The notes beneath the pieces were generated by a model. The model saw only the letters and a program-made list of their open reading frames with translations. It was not told the origin of the DNA and ran no database searches. Made by a program: the position numbers and the translations under genes. Of a DNA stretch of 64,000 bases, positions 11,068 through 24,154 are shown in pieces (the stretch's first letter is position 1; every line of letters starts with the position of its first letter). The DNA comes from Takakia lepidozioides (taxonomy: Eukaryota; Plantae; Bryophyta). The stretch spans positions 29,946,001 through 30,010,000 of the forward strand of contig CM060731.1 in the NCBI GenBank assembly GCA_030704615.1, read 5' to 3'.

Positions 11068-12016
11068 TAGGCAGATTGTAATTGACCAAGAGAACGGGCC
11101 ATGTGCTCCAACTTGTGGATTGAGCTCCGTAGGGAGTTACACCGTCTAAGGCCAATCCAAATCGCAGAGATCGTGGCTCTGCAGCAAAATCCGCAAATGT
11201 GGTGTCAATGTGTCTCCATGCTTTGTTATCAGCTGGATGTCGAACCAACCCATCCTGGCTCTTATGTCTGTCGTGCCATGTCATGAGGTTAGCGATCGAT
11301 TTACATCGGTACATACGTTTCAACCTTGGAATGACAGGAAAGTGTCGCAATAGTTTCTTGGGCACACTTCCACGATCTGGAATGTAACGGGAACTGCGGC
11401 ACACTGGGCAAATGTCTACATTCTCATACTCCCCACGGAAGAGTACACAACCACGCTCACAGGCATGAATCATGGTGTACTGCAATCCCATCTTGGCAAT
11501 CATGGTTTTTGCTTCATAGTGAGTTTTCAGCAATGAATTCTCTTTAGGCAAAAAACTTTTACGTAACAATCCCCGAAGCTCATCTACAAATGCATTGGTG
11601 CACTTGTGGGTAGTGCATGCGTTCAGCAACATCAAAGTTGCTTGTAGCCGGCTGATGGAGCACCCTTCAAAAAGTGGACATTGCGACTGTCGGAATAGTT
11701 TATCATACTCGGGATCAACGTGCAGGTGAGCATTCTCATCAAATTCATTGTCTCCGGAATCGTCGAGATCATCGTCATGATCGGCAAATGTGTGATCGGT
11801 TCCACCATGAATGGGGTCCTCTCTGTTTGCATCTGCAAAGAGAAACGCTTCCTGCAATGCACGCTGCATTTCTACCTCCAATCCATCACTCTCATCTGCG
11901 TTCTCTGTGACATTTGGCTCCCGTTGTGCCGCAGGGCCTTCGTCTTCATCTTCTGAATATTCACATCCCTGCATCCCAATAGTCATCTTGTGAGTGGACC
12001 AACAACGATGTGACAC
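11068..12016 (-). mobile_element. CACTA/En-Spm transposase (TNP2/Transposase_21-like) N-terminal fragment
   Basis: Reads IHAC..GCVLFRGEY...CPVCRSSRY, FPVIPRLKRMY, RHPAD..AWRH.D, LRFGLALDG..P, STWPVLLVNYNLP. It is truncated at the L1 junction. Confidence 0.9.
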
Positions 12017-12199
12017 TTGTTCATATTATGACATAGGAGGTACGGTGACGTTGCAGTGATGCAGTCATATTTACGTATGTATCTTATGAATATACACCCA
12101 ATCAAAACACGACATTTGTAACCATTGAAGTCATAGTTGCAGTCATTTACTATCCTGAGAGCTCCTTGGAGCAGTTCTCAGAGCCATTTCATTCCTTGT

Positions 12200-12722
12200 T
12201 TTTTTCATTCTGTGCTACTTGCATCTTACTCACTTCGCGCTTTGGTGGGTTGGGATTTATCTCCTGTTTAACATGTACACAAAATATGTACTTATGGAAG
12301 GAAATCACCTGAGCGGTATTCCAGACTATCTTGACATGTGGTCGGACCCAACAAACGATCCAACCATGTATACTGCAGGAATATTGAAGGACTGGAGTCC
12401 TTCTCACTTCAGAGACTGTGGCTGGTACCTTGACTGCCCACCGGAGCTCACGACCTTTCAAAGAACAACACATGAAATATTTGAACAATAATGCTGAGAT
12501 GCTGGCGCCTCTGACTGACGAGCAGTACCAAAGAAACATAACAACATTGGCTGTCAAGGAGCCTGATGCTCAGGGAACGCCGCAGAAGGGAAAGAAGGCG
12601 GGCCGCAAACCAAAAGACAAGGCTCCTGATGTCATAGCCATCTCACCAGCAAAGCCAAAAGACAAAGACAAGTCCAAAGAGAAGGAGAAGGAAAAGGACA
12701 AGGGGAAGGACAAAAAAAAGGA
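12200..12722 (+). other. unidentified coding-like fragment with Lys/Asp/Glu-rich tail, inside the L1 insertion
   Basis: Overlapping ORFs 12219..12491 and 12418..12738 ending in KDKDKSKEKEKEKDK. No family recognised. Confidence 0.35.
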
Positions 12723-14716
12723 CTTGCTTGCCCTTTAGTGGAGCATTGGGTTCTATCTGGAGATTTTAATATGGTTGAATCCCCTGAGGATATGATGGGG
12801 GCTCATGATTCTGGCCTTGCCTCGGCAGAGGCTTCTGAATGGGAGGCACTTATTCTATGTGTGGGCCTTGCAGACAGCTATGCCTTTCCCCTTTCTACAG
12901 CCTTCTCTTGGACAACCAATCGGGCTCCGCTGGGTCTGTGCATGGCAAGGCACGACCGCATTTATTTTTCTTCTTCCCTTGTCTCTTGGTTCCGATACTT
13001 GCCTATGGGTCCTATCCTCGCGAACTTTGATCATGCAGAGATCTCGGCGCTACTTTAGTCTCCTGGACCTAGGGCCCGGGGCCGGGGGCTTTGCATGATG
13101 AACATCAGTATTCTTTCTGATCAGTCTAGTCTAGATGCTCTCAAATTGTGCTGGTCCTCTTCTTCTTCCCCCTTTCTCTCACCGACCTTATCTTTTCTCA
13201 ATAAGCTGGATAAATGTCGTTTGTTGGGCCTCAGTTTAGCCAGGGATTCTGCCCTGAAAAATAGCAGATATGAGCGGGCCCTTATTAAGTGCTTGAAGGT
13301 TTGCCAAAAGCGGTTAGAAAGAGGCCAGCAAGGGCCTCAAACTCTCGTTTCCTTGATGGAAGCTAAAGCCAAGCTTTCAGCTCTGCACCTTTCTAAGGAC
13401 CGCTTGATGAGAATGAAGGCTGGGATCAATTGGTTGTTGAAAGGTGAAAAAATGAACAGTTATTTTTTTCCTAAAGCCCGACAGAGGATGGCTGGTCAGG
13501 GAATCAGTTGTTTATATGACAATTCCATGGTCCCTTGCTCTCACCCAAAGTTGCTTTCTTCCATTGCTAGAGATTATTTTTCAGCTCTTTTTTCTTCGGA
13601 GCCTGATTCTCCTGCCTCCCTGAATGCTAGAGATGTGGTGTACAGTATGATCCCCCCTCTACTCTCGCCAGAACAATCTGACTCTCTCAATGTGCCTTTC
13701 GAATTGATGGAATTACAAGATGTCATTCAGAGCCTTAAAGTGCTTAAAGTCCCGGGGGCTGACGGCATCCCAGTTGAATTCTTTGATTCTTTGTGGATGA
13801 TTTTTGCTGAGGACTTCTTGTCCATGGCCAATGATATCCTCTTAAAGAAAATTATGCCATCCCAGATGTCTTTGGGGGTTATTGCTCTTATATTTAAGAA
13901 AGGGGATAGGGCGGATATAGCTAATTACCGCCCTATTACCCTCCTTAACTCTGCATATAAAGTTATTGCCAAGGCATTGGCTATGCGACTTCGAAAGCTG
14001 CTACCTGTCATGATTCGACCGGCCCAGACTGGCTTTGTGAAGAACCGGTTCATTCTGGACAATATTATCCTAGCCAATGAGGCCCTACATTTCGCTTCCG
14101 ATTCTAATCAACCTCTGGCTATGTTGATGTTGGACTTTGAAAAAGCTTTTGATAGGATCAATTGGGGCTTCCTTCTTAAGGCTATCCAAGGTTCTGGGAT
14201 CAACGGTAGCTTTCTTGAATGGATCAAGATTCTCTTGTTTTCGGGTTCCAGCAAAGTTTTAACCAATGGATACCTCTCCTCTGCTTTTCCTCTTCAGCGT
14301 TCTGTCAGGCAGATGCCCTCTTTCTCCCTTCCTCTTCTTGATTGCGGCCGATTGCCTTGGTTACCTCATGGATGCTCAAGTTAGGCTGGCTGGCCTCATC
14401 ATCCCAGTTCCTGGTTCTCTTCCCTGTAATTTAAAAATGTCCATGTATGTAGACGATACTGTTTTATACTTTAGGAATGCTGACATCCAGAACATTAACT
14501 TGGGGCTTGAATCCTTGAACTTCTTTTGCCTTGCTTCTGGTTTTAAGGTGAATTGGGGAAAATCTGTAGGGATTCTCTCTTTGGGTGCGGCCGGGGCTGC
14601 GCATGTTCCCCCTTGGGGATTGGATCTTGGTTTGCGGTGGTTAGAAGATGGTGAATCCCACTCTCTGCTAGGCCATCTCATTGGTCACCACATCAGCTCC
14701 GAGGTCCGTTATCTGT

Positions 14717-14916
14717 AGGGTTCAAAACCCGCTGCCCTGCCTGGTGTGTGGATCGTTCGTGACCGGTTGGTCTGGTGGTGAGTTTCCCACCTGTGTGCCT
14801 AATGGCTTATCTGAAAGGGGGTTACTTTTTCCCTCTCCTCAAGGGCCTGAATTGTGAGCAGTCGCTCCCAGGTTTCCTTAAAAAAAGAAAAAAAAGAAAA
14901 AGAAAGAAAAAGAAAT
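14717..14916 (+). mobile_element. SINE-like copy 3 with A-rich tail, abutting the L1 break
   Basis: GGGTTCAAAACCC at 14718, the shared 3' core at 14815-14880, and an A-rich tract at 14880-14916. Confidence 0.5.
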
Positions 14917-16369
14917 ATATGCTAACGTACAATTCACCACTCCCCATAAAATCCATTGTTGGTATAACAGAGTTTTTTTACACCCTCCACCCTCCTGGTC
15001 GTGTCCAACCAGGAGACATAAAGAAAAAATTGTATATCCGCAACCCTTGAACCTCCCTCAAGCCTCCCTCTTACTAGTGTTGCCACCAGCCCCCGCCAGC
15101 CTCTACCGCCAATACCCCATAGTGAGCCTCCCCTACCGCCACCTCCCTCCTTGTTGCCTGCCTCACATCCTCCTGTACCTTATTTTTTACTTCCTCTGGT
15201 ACTCACTCAAGAACCATGAACTCAACTCAGGAGGCACTATTCCACTTCCTTCCCTCCATTCCATTCTAGAACATTCGCTACCTCCAGAACCTTCTCCCTA
15301 GCCAAGTCTGGCGCGCGGAGTGCATGGGACCCCATACGCAATAGCCATGTGGGACCGCATGCAACTACCCACCCTCGTTCAGCCAGCCTGGGCATTGGGG
15401 CCTTTCGTAGCTTTTATTTTTTGAAGGATTGAAGTACATATCCACAATATGAAATGGCTTATTGCACAGCAGAAACTCCCCTAGTGAAATTAAAAAAAGG
15501 TACCCAATGCATATAGAGATACTTCATTCCAACTTTTTAAGCCTCATGCAGCTGCTTCAAATTGCTTTCTACACTTGACAAATGAAATATGATCTGCACA
15601 CCATACCATTTAATACTCCAAAGAGACTTTCACTGTCATTCTCTGTAGAAGCCACTTCCTGTGCAATTCCACAGATCAACTGATAGTCTATTGCTATATT
15701 AGCAAGATAATCAATTGGAGTTCTGAAGTCCATAGGGAACATGTTTCCAGTGGCAACTACTGTCTGCAAAGGAGGAAATTGATTGCCACACTTGCTGAAG
15801 GGCAGTATTACCACCTCCAAGTGAAGGAGGAAAAGGCCACTGCGTGTAACCTGGACTTGAATTCCTCCAAGATCTCTGGCGCCTATTACATCCAGTTAGC
15901 AGGTGGCAAATTTTGACACCCACCAAACATGAAACCTGTCTACCCGAATATACCAACTTAGGGAAGGAAGCAGGCCTAAGAGAACCATATTGCAGCTCCC
16001 AAGGTTGCAGCATAGTAGATCCCACTACTGTTTGCACCCCGGCTGCAAGGACATTGGGGTTGATCGAAGGCCTTCACCGGGCTGTGTCACAGACTGAATT
16101 GAATTGACCCTAGCCTCGGTCAGCAATGAGAACCAGAGAGGGAGGCGTTAAGGAAGATGCATCATATCATTGGACCCCTACAGAATCCAAGCCGAAAGTT
16201 CTTAACATAAGTTTACTTGAAGTGTGAAAAGAGGGTGAAAAGAGGATCTTGAAAAAAATGACTCCTGGAATGATGTTGTCTATCGTCAGATAGGACATTA
16301 AACAGGCCCACTTTTGTGTAGTCTACATAGAGATCATTGTCTTCCCAGCAGAATTTATTGCACAATGAT

Positions 16370-19300
16370 CTACCGCCTAGTTGGGCAATCAGCTGCGCGA
16401 TGTCCAGCCTGGTTGCACAGGTAGCATGTTCCCGAAAAACTCCCGCCAGAAAATGCATTTCCTCTGGAAATATAGCCCCCACTGCATATTTTCATAATAG
16501 AGTCATAAGTCCGAAAACACCATTTCGTTGAGCAAAGAGGCACCGTTGCAGGTCTTCATCAAGAAAACTACAAACGACAATGGACCACTGGGCTGGTTTG
16601 TATTGACTTGCATGATCTTTGAAGATGTGGGTGCCAGCCATCTTTACCATCATAGTAATCCCCCCAGCATATATCGATCCCCAGAAGTCTTGCATAAAAC
16701 ACAAAACTAAGAGAAAGTATTCGCAAGACGTTGCAACACTACACTAACAGAGAGAAGGTAAGGGGGGTTCCAAAATATCCAGGACAGAAAGAATACCTGG
16801 ACCCCCAATCTGAACGACCTGAAGAGAATCCACCAGACCTGTCATTAGTCTCAGGCCGGTTGCTGCTGAAGTTACCACGGCTCCGATCATCAAAGCGACC
16901 ACCTCCACTAAAAGAGTTACCTGCTCTACCTTGTAGCACTGCGGTTCTGTCAAAACCGCCTGAGCTTCGGCCACCACTAGAACCCCCTCCACCTCTTGAA
17001 AAGGAGCGGCCATACATATCACCACCCCGCCCACGAGCGGCAAACTCATCCTCCTCTATTTGTGGAAGCTGTGCACAAATCGAAGTAAATCAGAAACGAA
17101 TCCACTGTACTACCAAATAAGACAAGATGTGAAGAAGGATCCATGTAAATACACTACTTGCCCTATCTACCATCCAGAATGCAACTGAAATATCATTTTC
17201 TCTTACAAGACTACTGCCTTCAGTCAGCTCCCGCCACTTTAATAATCTAACCCTCTGTAGTTACAAATTAAAAAGAGAGCACAATTCAATATGCTTTCAC
17301 AATTGGCAGAATTTTCCAAAATTGAATAAGAATATGCTTATGTGCAGGACAGGTGAAGGAGCGTGCATGACCAAACCCACCTTCTTGGGAACATCAATGG
17401 CATCACCAGGAGTCGGGGGTCTTGAAAGCAGCTCTTTCGCCACATCCTCAGGCAAATCAAAGACAGCTCCTTCCATCTGATCAAGACAAACTCCAGATCT
17501 TACTAAGCACAAAAGTCTTCAAAATCATGCCAATGTTTGTGGAGTCCCAAGCATCCACAAGCCTATTGAAGTACCAAAACTCATGCAGAAAAAGAGGATG
17601 CCAACCAAGGTTTCACGCAACACACCTGAGGATCATCAATGATACGGATCTTGCCAATTGTGTCAGCTGCCCTCTGCCAGATTTCTGAAAGCACTCCCAT
17701 CACCACACGTGCAGACAAAGGTCTCCCTGAATTGCCTGAGCGAAGTAGTCGTAGTGTAATCCAACCCTGAAAGACCACACATAACTTCTGGGTTTAATAG
17801 TCAAGAACAAAGATATTTCCAGGGTTGTCTCTGACAAAACACACTCAAGAGATTTCCAGGAGGCATATTAGCCAGTGCCCACCATCTCCTGAGCACATAC
17901 TACTGGAACGTCTCACCAATTGGGAATGGTATCCAGTTCCTCAAATAATTGCACCCTGTAGATTTCATGACAAAATCACTGAGCCACATCCAAAAATGGC
18001 ACAGTTCACATTTGTAGTTCGGACAACTTGCTCCTATTCCTCTCCAAACCAGCAATAACCTCGTACGTCGATGCGTAAAAAACCGAGAGAGTACACACCT
18101 CCTCATGGGTGATAAGAGAGCGTGATGCAGGGGGCTGGCTATACCCACTCAAGTGTGCAAGGGCCGCAGCAAGTGCGCCTGGGCCCTGCTCCCTCAACAG
18201 GAATTCTGCCGTTGGCAGGAATACCTGGGCCAACTCTGGGTGGACCCGTTTAATGACCTCTGTCGCTTGATTGCTGCTGGCGCGCAACACTTCCTCCACA
18301 TGTGGTGCTCCAATGCGTTCAAACTTGCAACCAACATCCCTTTCAATCAGACGCATCGTTCGCAGCTGATTATCTGAATACATCAGAATCGCAGTGCCCA
18401 GCTTTCCTGCACGGCCTGTGCGGCCTGAGCGATGCACAAATGTCTCGGGGTCATTGGGTATCTCAAAGTGGATCACCTGGAACCCGGACAAACCCAAAAT
18501 CCTTGTCAGTCACCACCACAGTTCAACTGTTCTTACTTGAGGTATGGAGTATGCCATACCCAGGTTTCCAAGAACAATCTGAAGACCACTACCTGGGAAA
18601 GAGTCCCTGTATCATACAGGAATGATTTTCACTGTTTCCTCATTAGCCATGCTCGCTATGGCACTAGTTCGCAAATAGTTTTACACTAACAACAAACCTG
18701 CCAAACAAGAAAGGCAGATTCCTTTGTCAATTTTGACATGAAAGATTCCAATTAGCACATACCTCTAAGGACATAGGAGACCAAGTATGACAGGTACAAC
18801 TGTAAATGATAAACACACAAAACAGCAAAAGACAACTCCATTGGCATCTTCACAGATTCGTGCGAAGAGATGGAGTACAACTGATCCTGATTGCTTTCTG
18901 AGCTCTCTAAGCAGAATCCTATAATAAACGAAATACAGAAGGGCTCCAATTCTGAATCAGTCAGTGACACAACTTCTGGGACACCACCCCAGTCTTGTAC
19001 TTCGTTCTCTGAGAACTACCCACCGACAGCAAATGAAAAAGACAACAACCCAACAGGTCAGGCCATGTAGTGTTCAAGGCATACCAGATCAACATTAGGA
19101 ATGTCAAGGCCACGAGCAGCGACATCGGTGGCTACCAGAACTGAGAACTTTCCTTCACGGAAAGAATTTAACGTCTTCTCTCGCTGGTTCTGAGTGATGT
19201 CACCATGCAAAGCTTCACAGCCAACTATTCGCCCCATGGCTAAAGCAACATCGTCTGCGTCTCGTTTGGTTTGAGTGAACACAATTGATTTTCCTCCCTT

Positions 19301-21888
19301 GCCATACACCTGCCTCACCACAGGATCATATATAAGCCCAAGTCTCCAGGCAGGACACCACTTCCAGTTCCAAAAAAGTGACAATCATACATTTGAACAC
19401 TGTACTGGCACATGCATTTCCTTACTGCGACATGGTTGGGGGTAAGAGAGAAATGAAAGTTCATGGGGATCAGCCACTTTAAGACAGCCAAAAACTGAGA
19501 TGGAAAATGGATGCCCTGCTCAAACAGTTCCAAACCTACAACCTGGAGTAGTGACTTATTTGCATGTGGGATTACATCGACAACAAACCATTCCTCAGTC
19601 TAATTGTAGAACGCTGTTTCAGGAAAAGTAGATTCCAATTGTCAACACCCATGATTCAACCGAGATGCACATAAGCCTTGCAGGGATTTCCATACCGCAA
19701 TGAGGTCATTGAGAATGGAACGCTTGGCAGCTGCCGGTGTTGACACTGCAAACAGCTTGATGCCCTTTGCCAACTTCTCATCTGACTCCCCCACCTGCAA
19801 GATACCAAAGCCAGCTCATCTACATAAAATATATCTCATCATACCCATGGTGAGAAAGGGAAAACATACCAAGTTAAAAATTTCCTGGAAGGCAAGGACT
19901 GCAGCATAACCATCCAGATTGTTTCTACATACAGCTTTGCCAACCTACGAAACAAATGATCATACTCCTAAAAAACTCAATAAGGGAGGGTGAGGGTTGG
20001 GGGGAAATACCAGGTCAATGGTCAACGGATCATTCAAATACTTGCGGGCCAACTTCTTTATCCATACTGGCATTGTGGCTGAGAAAAGCATACTCTGCCG
20101 CTGCTGGGGCATCTTCTCCAAAATTCGTTCTACATCCTCTTCAAAACCTACTGCCAACATCTGATCAGCCTCGTCCAGCACCACAAACCGCACATCATGC
20201 AGATTCAGGGACCCGCGGTCAATCAGGTCAGTAATGCGTCCAGGTGTACCCACTGCCACATCCACCCCCCGCTGCAACTGCCGTTGCTGTGCTGTGATGG
20301 ACACACCACCATACACACAGATTGTAGACAGCATAGGTGCTGACTCCATGAACTCTCGCTCGACTTGCTTTGCCAGTTCCCGAGTTGGTGCTAGAACCAA
20401 CGCTCTGGGTGCTCTTCCCATCCTCCTAAAAGTCCGCCCAACATTAACTTCAGGCATGGTTGCTAGATCCAGAAAAGTCGAACTCCCTTCTTACACAAAG
20501 AAATGGAGAACTGTTGAAGAGTCAAGGCATGATGTGAAGCCACACTGACATAACCACATTTGAAATAAAAATGAATTATACTAGAGGCGGGAAGCAGACT
20601 ACAAAGGCGTCATTACCCATTGAGATAGCCGAAAAATATAGACAATCAAAATACAAGCCCTTTCTACCCAAGGACAGGAAGACCAGACCTCGCCAGCCGG
20701 TTCTGCTCGTTCTCGTTCACAATGTGGTGGATGATAGGGATGCCGAAGGCAAGAGTCTTGCCAGTTCCTGTCCTGGCACGGCCAATGAGGTCACGCCCTT
20801 GCATGGCAGGGTCCAACACTGCTCTCTACAGCAAATAAACAGCCAACCAGCTTTCAGATCCCATACAGCAGGCAGCGGGAAGTGACGTTCGATCTGACCA
20901 ATGGACTTCACAAAGGAAGGTACTCCATCTTTCGAGGAATGCTTGAGGCCCCAAGAACAATTCAAATCTTATTCCCTATCACACAATGCTCCCAACAAAC
21001 GGGGACAAGTACACCTTCAGTGCTCTAACTCGCTACTAAAATTTATCTCAGAATTCGTGGACAGATAAAGCGAGCGTTGCAGCCAGTCCAAACATCCATG
21101 CAGGAGCTAATGATTTCAAAGAATATCCCAACTGAATGAACTGCGACACCACTTACTCTCATGATTCCAAGCCAGCAGGAGCACTGCCTAAATCATATCC
21201 TCCCAGGCATTTACCGTTCATATGTTTGTTTTTAGCAGCACCGCCAGCTACAGGCCTAAGTTAATTCCCAGATACGCATGCATACCTGGATGGGGAAAAG
21301 ATGAGTAATGCCACGCTTGGCCAGAGCATCTACAACTTCAAGCGGAATGCCAAGGCCTGCAATGGAGAGCTCATCCTGATTTACGGTCGACGCATTACTA
21401 GCATGCCGCAAGTCCCCCACTCCGTCGTACTCATCGTCAGTACCCTGTGAGTACCCAAATAGCCCATTCCGGCTCTCTGCCATTGTACGGTCAGTGGCCA
21501 CTGCGCTCGTCTCCATGGCTGCCGACGCCCCCTTGTCTGTGGAAGGATACAGTCCTCGCAAAGAATCCCACGGCTTCTCTCCGTGATGAGCACCATCCCT
21601 CGGCACCGCCGCCACAGTTTGAATAGTTTTTCCCGCACACGCACAGGCAACAATAGGCTTCATCCGAACCTTCTCTCCTGAGAAAGACGAAACCAGCGAG
21701 GGACCAGCGGCCGCATTGCCACCCAGGCTGCGCGGCGCACATTCTGCGGCAAGTGCAGCCGAAGTGCACAGCGATGGACAGCCGCTATTCACAATTGGCT
21801 GGCAAAAAACCTTCCCTGGTACCACATCTCTCCCTGCGCGTTCCAAAGACAGCGGCAGAGCTGGCGAGAAGCCGACAATGGCGGCCAT
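16370..21888 (-). CDS. RH3: plastid DEAD-box RNA helicase RH3-like (transit peptide, DEAD, Helicase_C, GUCT, G/R-rich region, CCHC zinc knuckle), 10 exons
   Basis: Approximate exons: 21888-21286 (..HLFPIQ), 20829-20690 (ARTGTGKT), 20425-19992 (PTRELA, DEAD, SAT), 19794-19696, 19310-19085 (ARGLD), 18476-18098 ([10 protein letters not shown]), 17767-17626, 17477-17381, 17069-16796, and 16481-16370 ([17 protein letters not shown]). The borders inspected are GT-AG. Confidence 0.9.
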
Positions 21889-22263
21889 ACCTACGATGCG
21901 AGGAGCAGAACAAATCCCCGCCTCCTACACACCTCCCTCCACCAATACTTCCCCTCTCTACAAACCTTCTCACCTTCACTACCCTCACTCTGCATACAAA
22001 CGACCTCTCCACAACCCTCAGCCACCGTAATCAGAAATTCTGCCGAGACTCTGAGCTGCCACCTCCTCTCAAATTGTGAATCTCTTTCTCTCAGAGAACA
22101 GATTTCGAAATTCCTGCTGATGCAACTGCCTGTCTGCGACCTGGAGAGCGATAATCTGCGGTATGTGCAGATATGCTCGGCCAGTCTGCGGCACTGCACT
22201 CTACACAACACAATGCAGCGCAGCGAAGCGGACGAGAGAGAGAGGGTTCAGCAAACCCTGAAC

Positions 22264-22290
22264 CTCTCTTCTCTCTCTCTCTCTCTCTCT
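22264..22290. repeat. (CT)n/(GA)n microsatellite upstream of RH3
   Basis: ctctcttctctctctctctctctctct, ~380 bp upstream of the RH3 ATG. Confidence 0.8.
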
Positions 22291-22667
22291 AGAGGCGGGC
22301 AGCAGCCTTAGCCACACGACCCCTGTGGGCCAATCCTGACCACCCCTTTCCCGCCTCCCGCCCCGTCCCGGGCTCAAACCCACGCAAGCAGCTTCTTCGA
22401 TTACCCGAGAGTTTATTACTAGTACTGCCCCAGACATTCACATTAGTAACTCTGTTAGTGTCTTACAAGTAACCCTGTGGAGTCAGTTGCAGTTGGTTAG
22501 TGAGTCGGTTAAGTAACTAACGCTATCCTCAGTTTGCCCTTCCCATGCCGACCACACGTCCGGCTCACCTTTTGGAAGATATTTGTGACAATTTTACTTT
22601 TACTATATATAAATGTTGGACCAATTGTTTTTTTCTTTTTTTTTGAGGAAAGGGGAGGGGTCACGGG

Positions 22668-22908
22668 CAGTGCATTTATTTCTGGCGAAATTTTTCGGTT
22701 TTTCGACCTCCAAAAACAAATCGAAGATTCTGTCGTAAATTCCCTATTTTCTCAAAAATATATAAATCTTGGATGAATTCGCCTAATATGGATGATATAC
22801 ATGGTTGAAAGTACATAGGAGGATGATTCTGTCCAAATTTCAGTGGATGAACAGAAAATATGGCTATTTCCTGTAAAACTCAGTAGCCACTCCTGAAAAA
22901 AAACACTG
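22668..22908. mobile_element. hAT-type MITE
   Basis: Termini CAGTG...CACTG. 8-bp TSD gtcacggg (22660-22667) / gtcatggg (22909-22916) with one transition. A related copy lies at 35172-35458. Confidence 0.7.
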
Positions 22909-22914
22909 GTCATG

Positions 22915-23603
22915 GGTCCTCTCATTTTTGAATAATTAGGAATTTAAGGCGCACCTGTGCGCCAGGCATAGGGCCCATGCACGGACGTCGGGCGCCCCCC
23001 CACCCGGAGGGTCCGGGTCTCTGCTCGCAGGTTGGGTCTGTTGGCAGGTCGGGTCGGGTCTGCTCGCAGGTCGGGTCTGCTGACGGTCGGATCGGGTCCG
23101 CTCACTGCTCGCAGGTCGGGTCTCCTGGCGGGTCTTGGGTCCAACTGAATGGTCTGCTCGTCGCGCCGCAGCCCGCCCGCAGGACTTAGAAATTTTTGCA
23201 AGAAAACTCGCCCATCAAAAAGAGGATCATTAATATACATGCAACGCCAACCGGAACCATCATTAATACACATTTGGCACAACAAGATTTGAACCCACAA
23301 TTTTATAGGTACTACTCAGTACTTCCAACCACCAAAACTACCCGTTACTTGATAATACCCTAACATTTTTTTTCTCTCTTAACCTAGAAAACAGCCGCAG
23401 TGAGCAACTCCACCTAGGGTCTGGCCTGCGGACCCTACCTTGCGGCAGACCATACCTGGGGAAGACCCATCCGCGCGGCAGACCCACCCGGGGCCGGGTC
23501 ATGGGTCGCGGCGGGGCCACCCAAGGGCGACGTCCGTGCGTGGGGCCCGCTGCCTGGCACACACGTGAGCCTTAAACTCCCAATTATTCAACAATGAGAA
23601 ACC
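22915..23603. mobile_element. non-autonomous long-TIR element (Mutator-like MITE)
   Basis: ~80-bp imperfect inverted repeats at 22915-22993 and 23525-23603, with GC-rich internal subrepeats (ctgctcgcaggtcgggt). No clean TSD. Confidence 0.65.
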
Positions 23604-24154
23604 GGGGTGGCCTATTTGGGATTATGAGGAGGAAAAGAATTAAAATCTCCAAGCCAAATTAAATAACAGAATCTGCGAATGAATCTGCGGTTGAATCTGT
23701 ACCGTCAGAACTGATCTTGGTGCCCAGGATGAAGTTAGGGCGTACTCCACAGCAGCCTCTGCGTGGACGATGGACTCTCACCGGGGATGAAAGTGGGCAT
23801 TATCACAGATTTTATCTATATCTTTCCATCCAGTCGATGCCATGGATGAATGAAGATGTGTTTATAGATGAATAATAGCAGGGGTGGATGTTTCGTGGAC
23901 CTTTAGTTTCAATGTACAATGCAATTGAGTTTTTTTTTTCTTTTTTTTCTATTTGCTAATTCAAATACAGGAGAAGTGCATTCTCTTTGTAGCTGGAAAT
24001 ATTAATACATTTGTGGACAACTCTTCACTAAAATGATTGATAGATCTGACTACTGCGGGGCGACATTTTGAAAACAAATGTCATACAAAATTTCCCAACT
24101 GGGCATCTCCTACACAGAAAACACATTTCTTAGCGAAAAGAGGATGATGATGGC

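Larger units (their letters stand above)
10820..14716 (+). mobile_element. L1-clade LINE ORF2 (APE endonuclease + RT), degenerate and interrupted
   Basis: EN motifs NVYAPN (~11010) and WVLSGDFN / HDRIY / DH (12738-13058). RT motifs PGADGIP, NYRPITLLN, QTGFVKNRFILDN, LDFEKAFD, RQ/CPLSP (frameshift) and YVDD. A 1.65-kb insertion sits in the EN. Confidence 0.9.

Noticed and set aside
10874-12016. intact 380-aa gene
   Set aside because: The ORF is a truncated transposase reading through into antisense L1 sequence below 11068.
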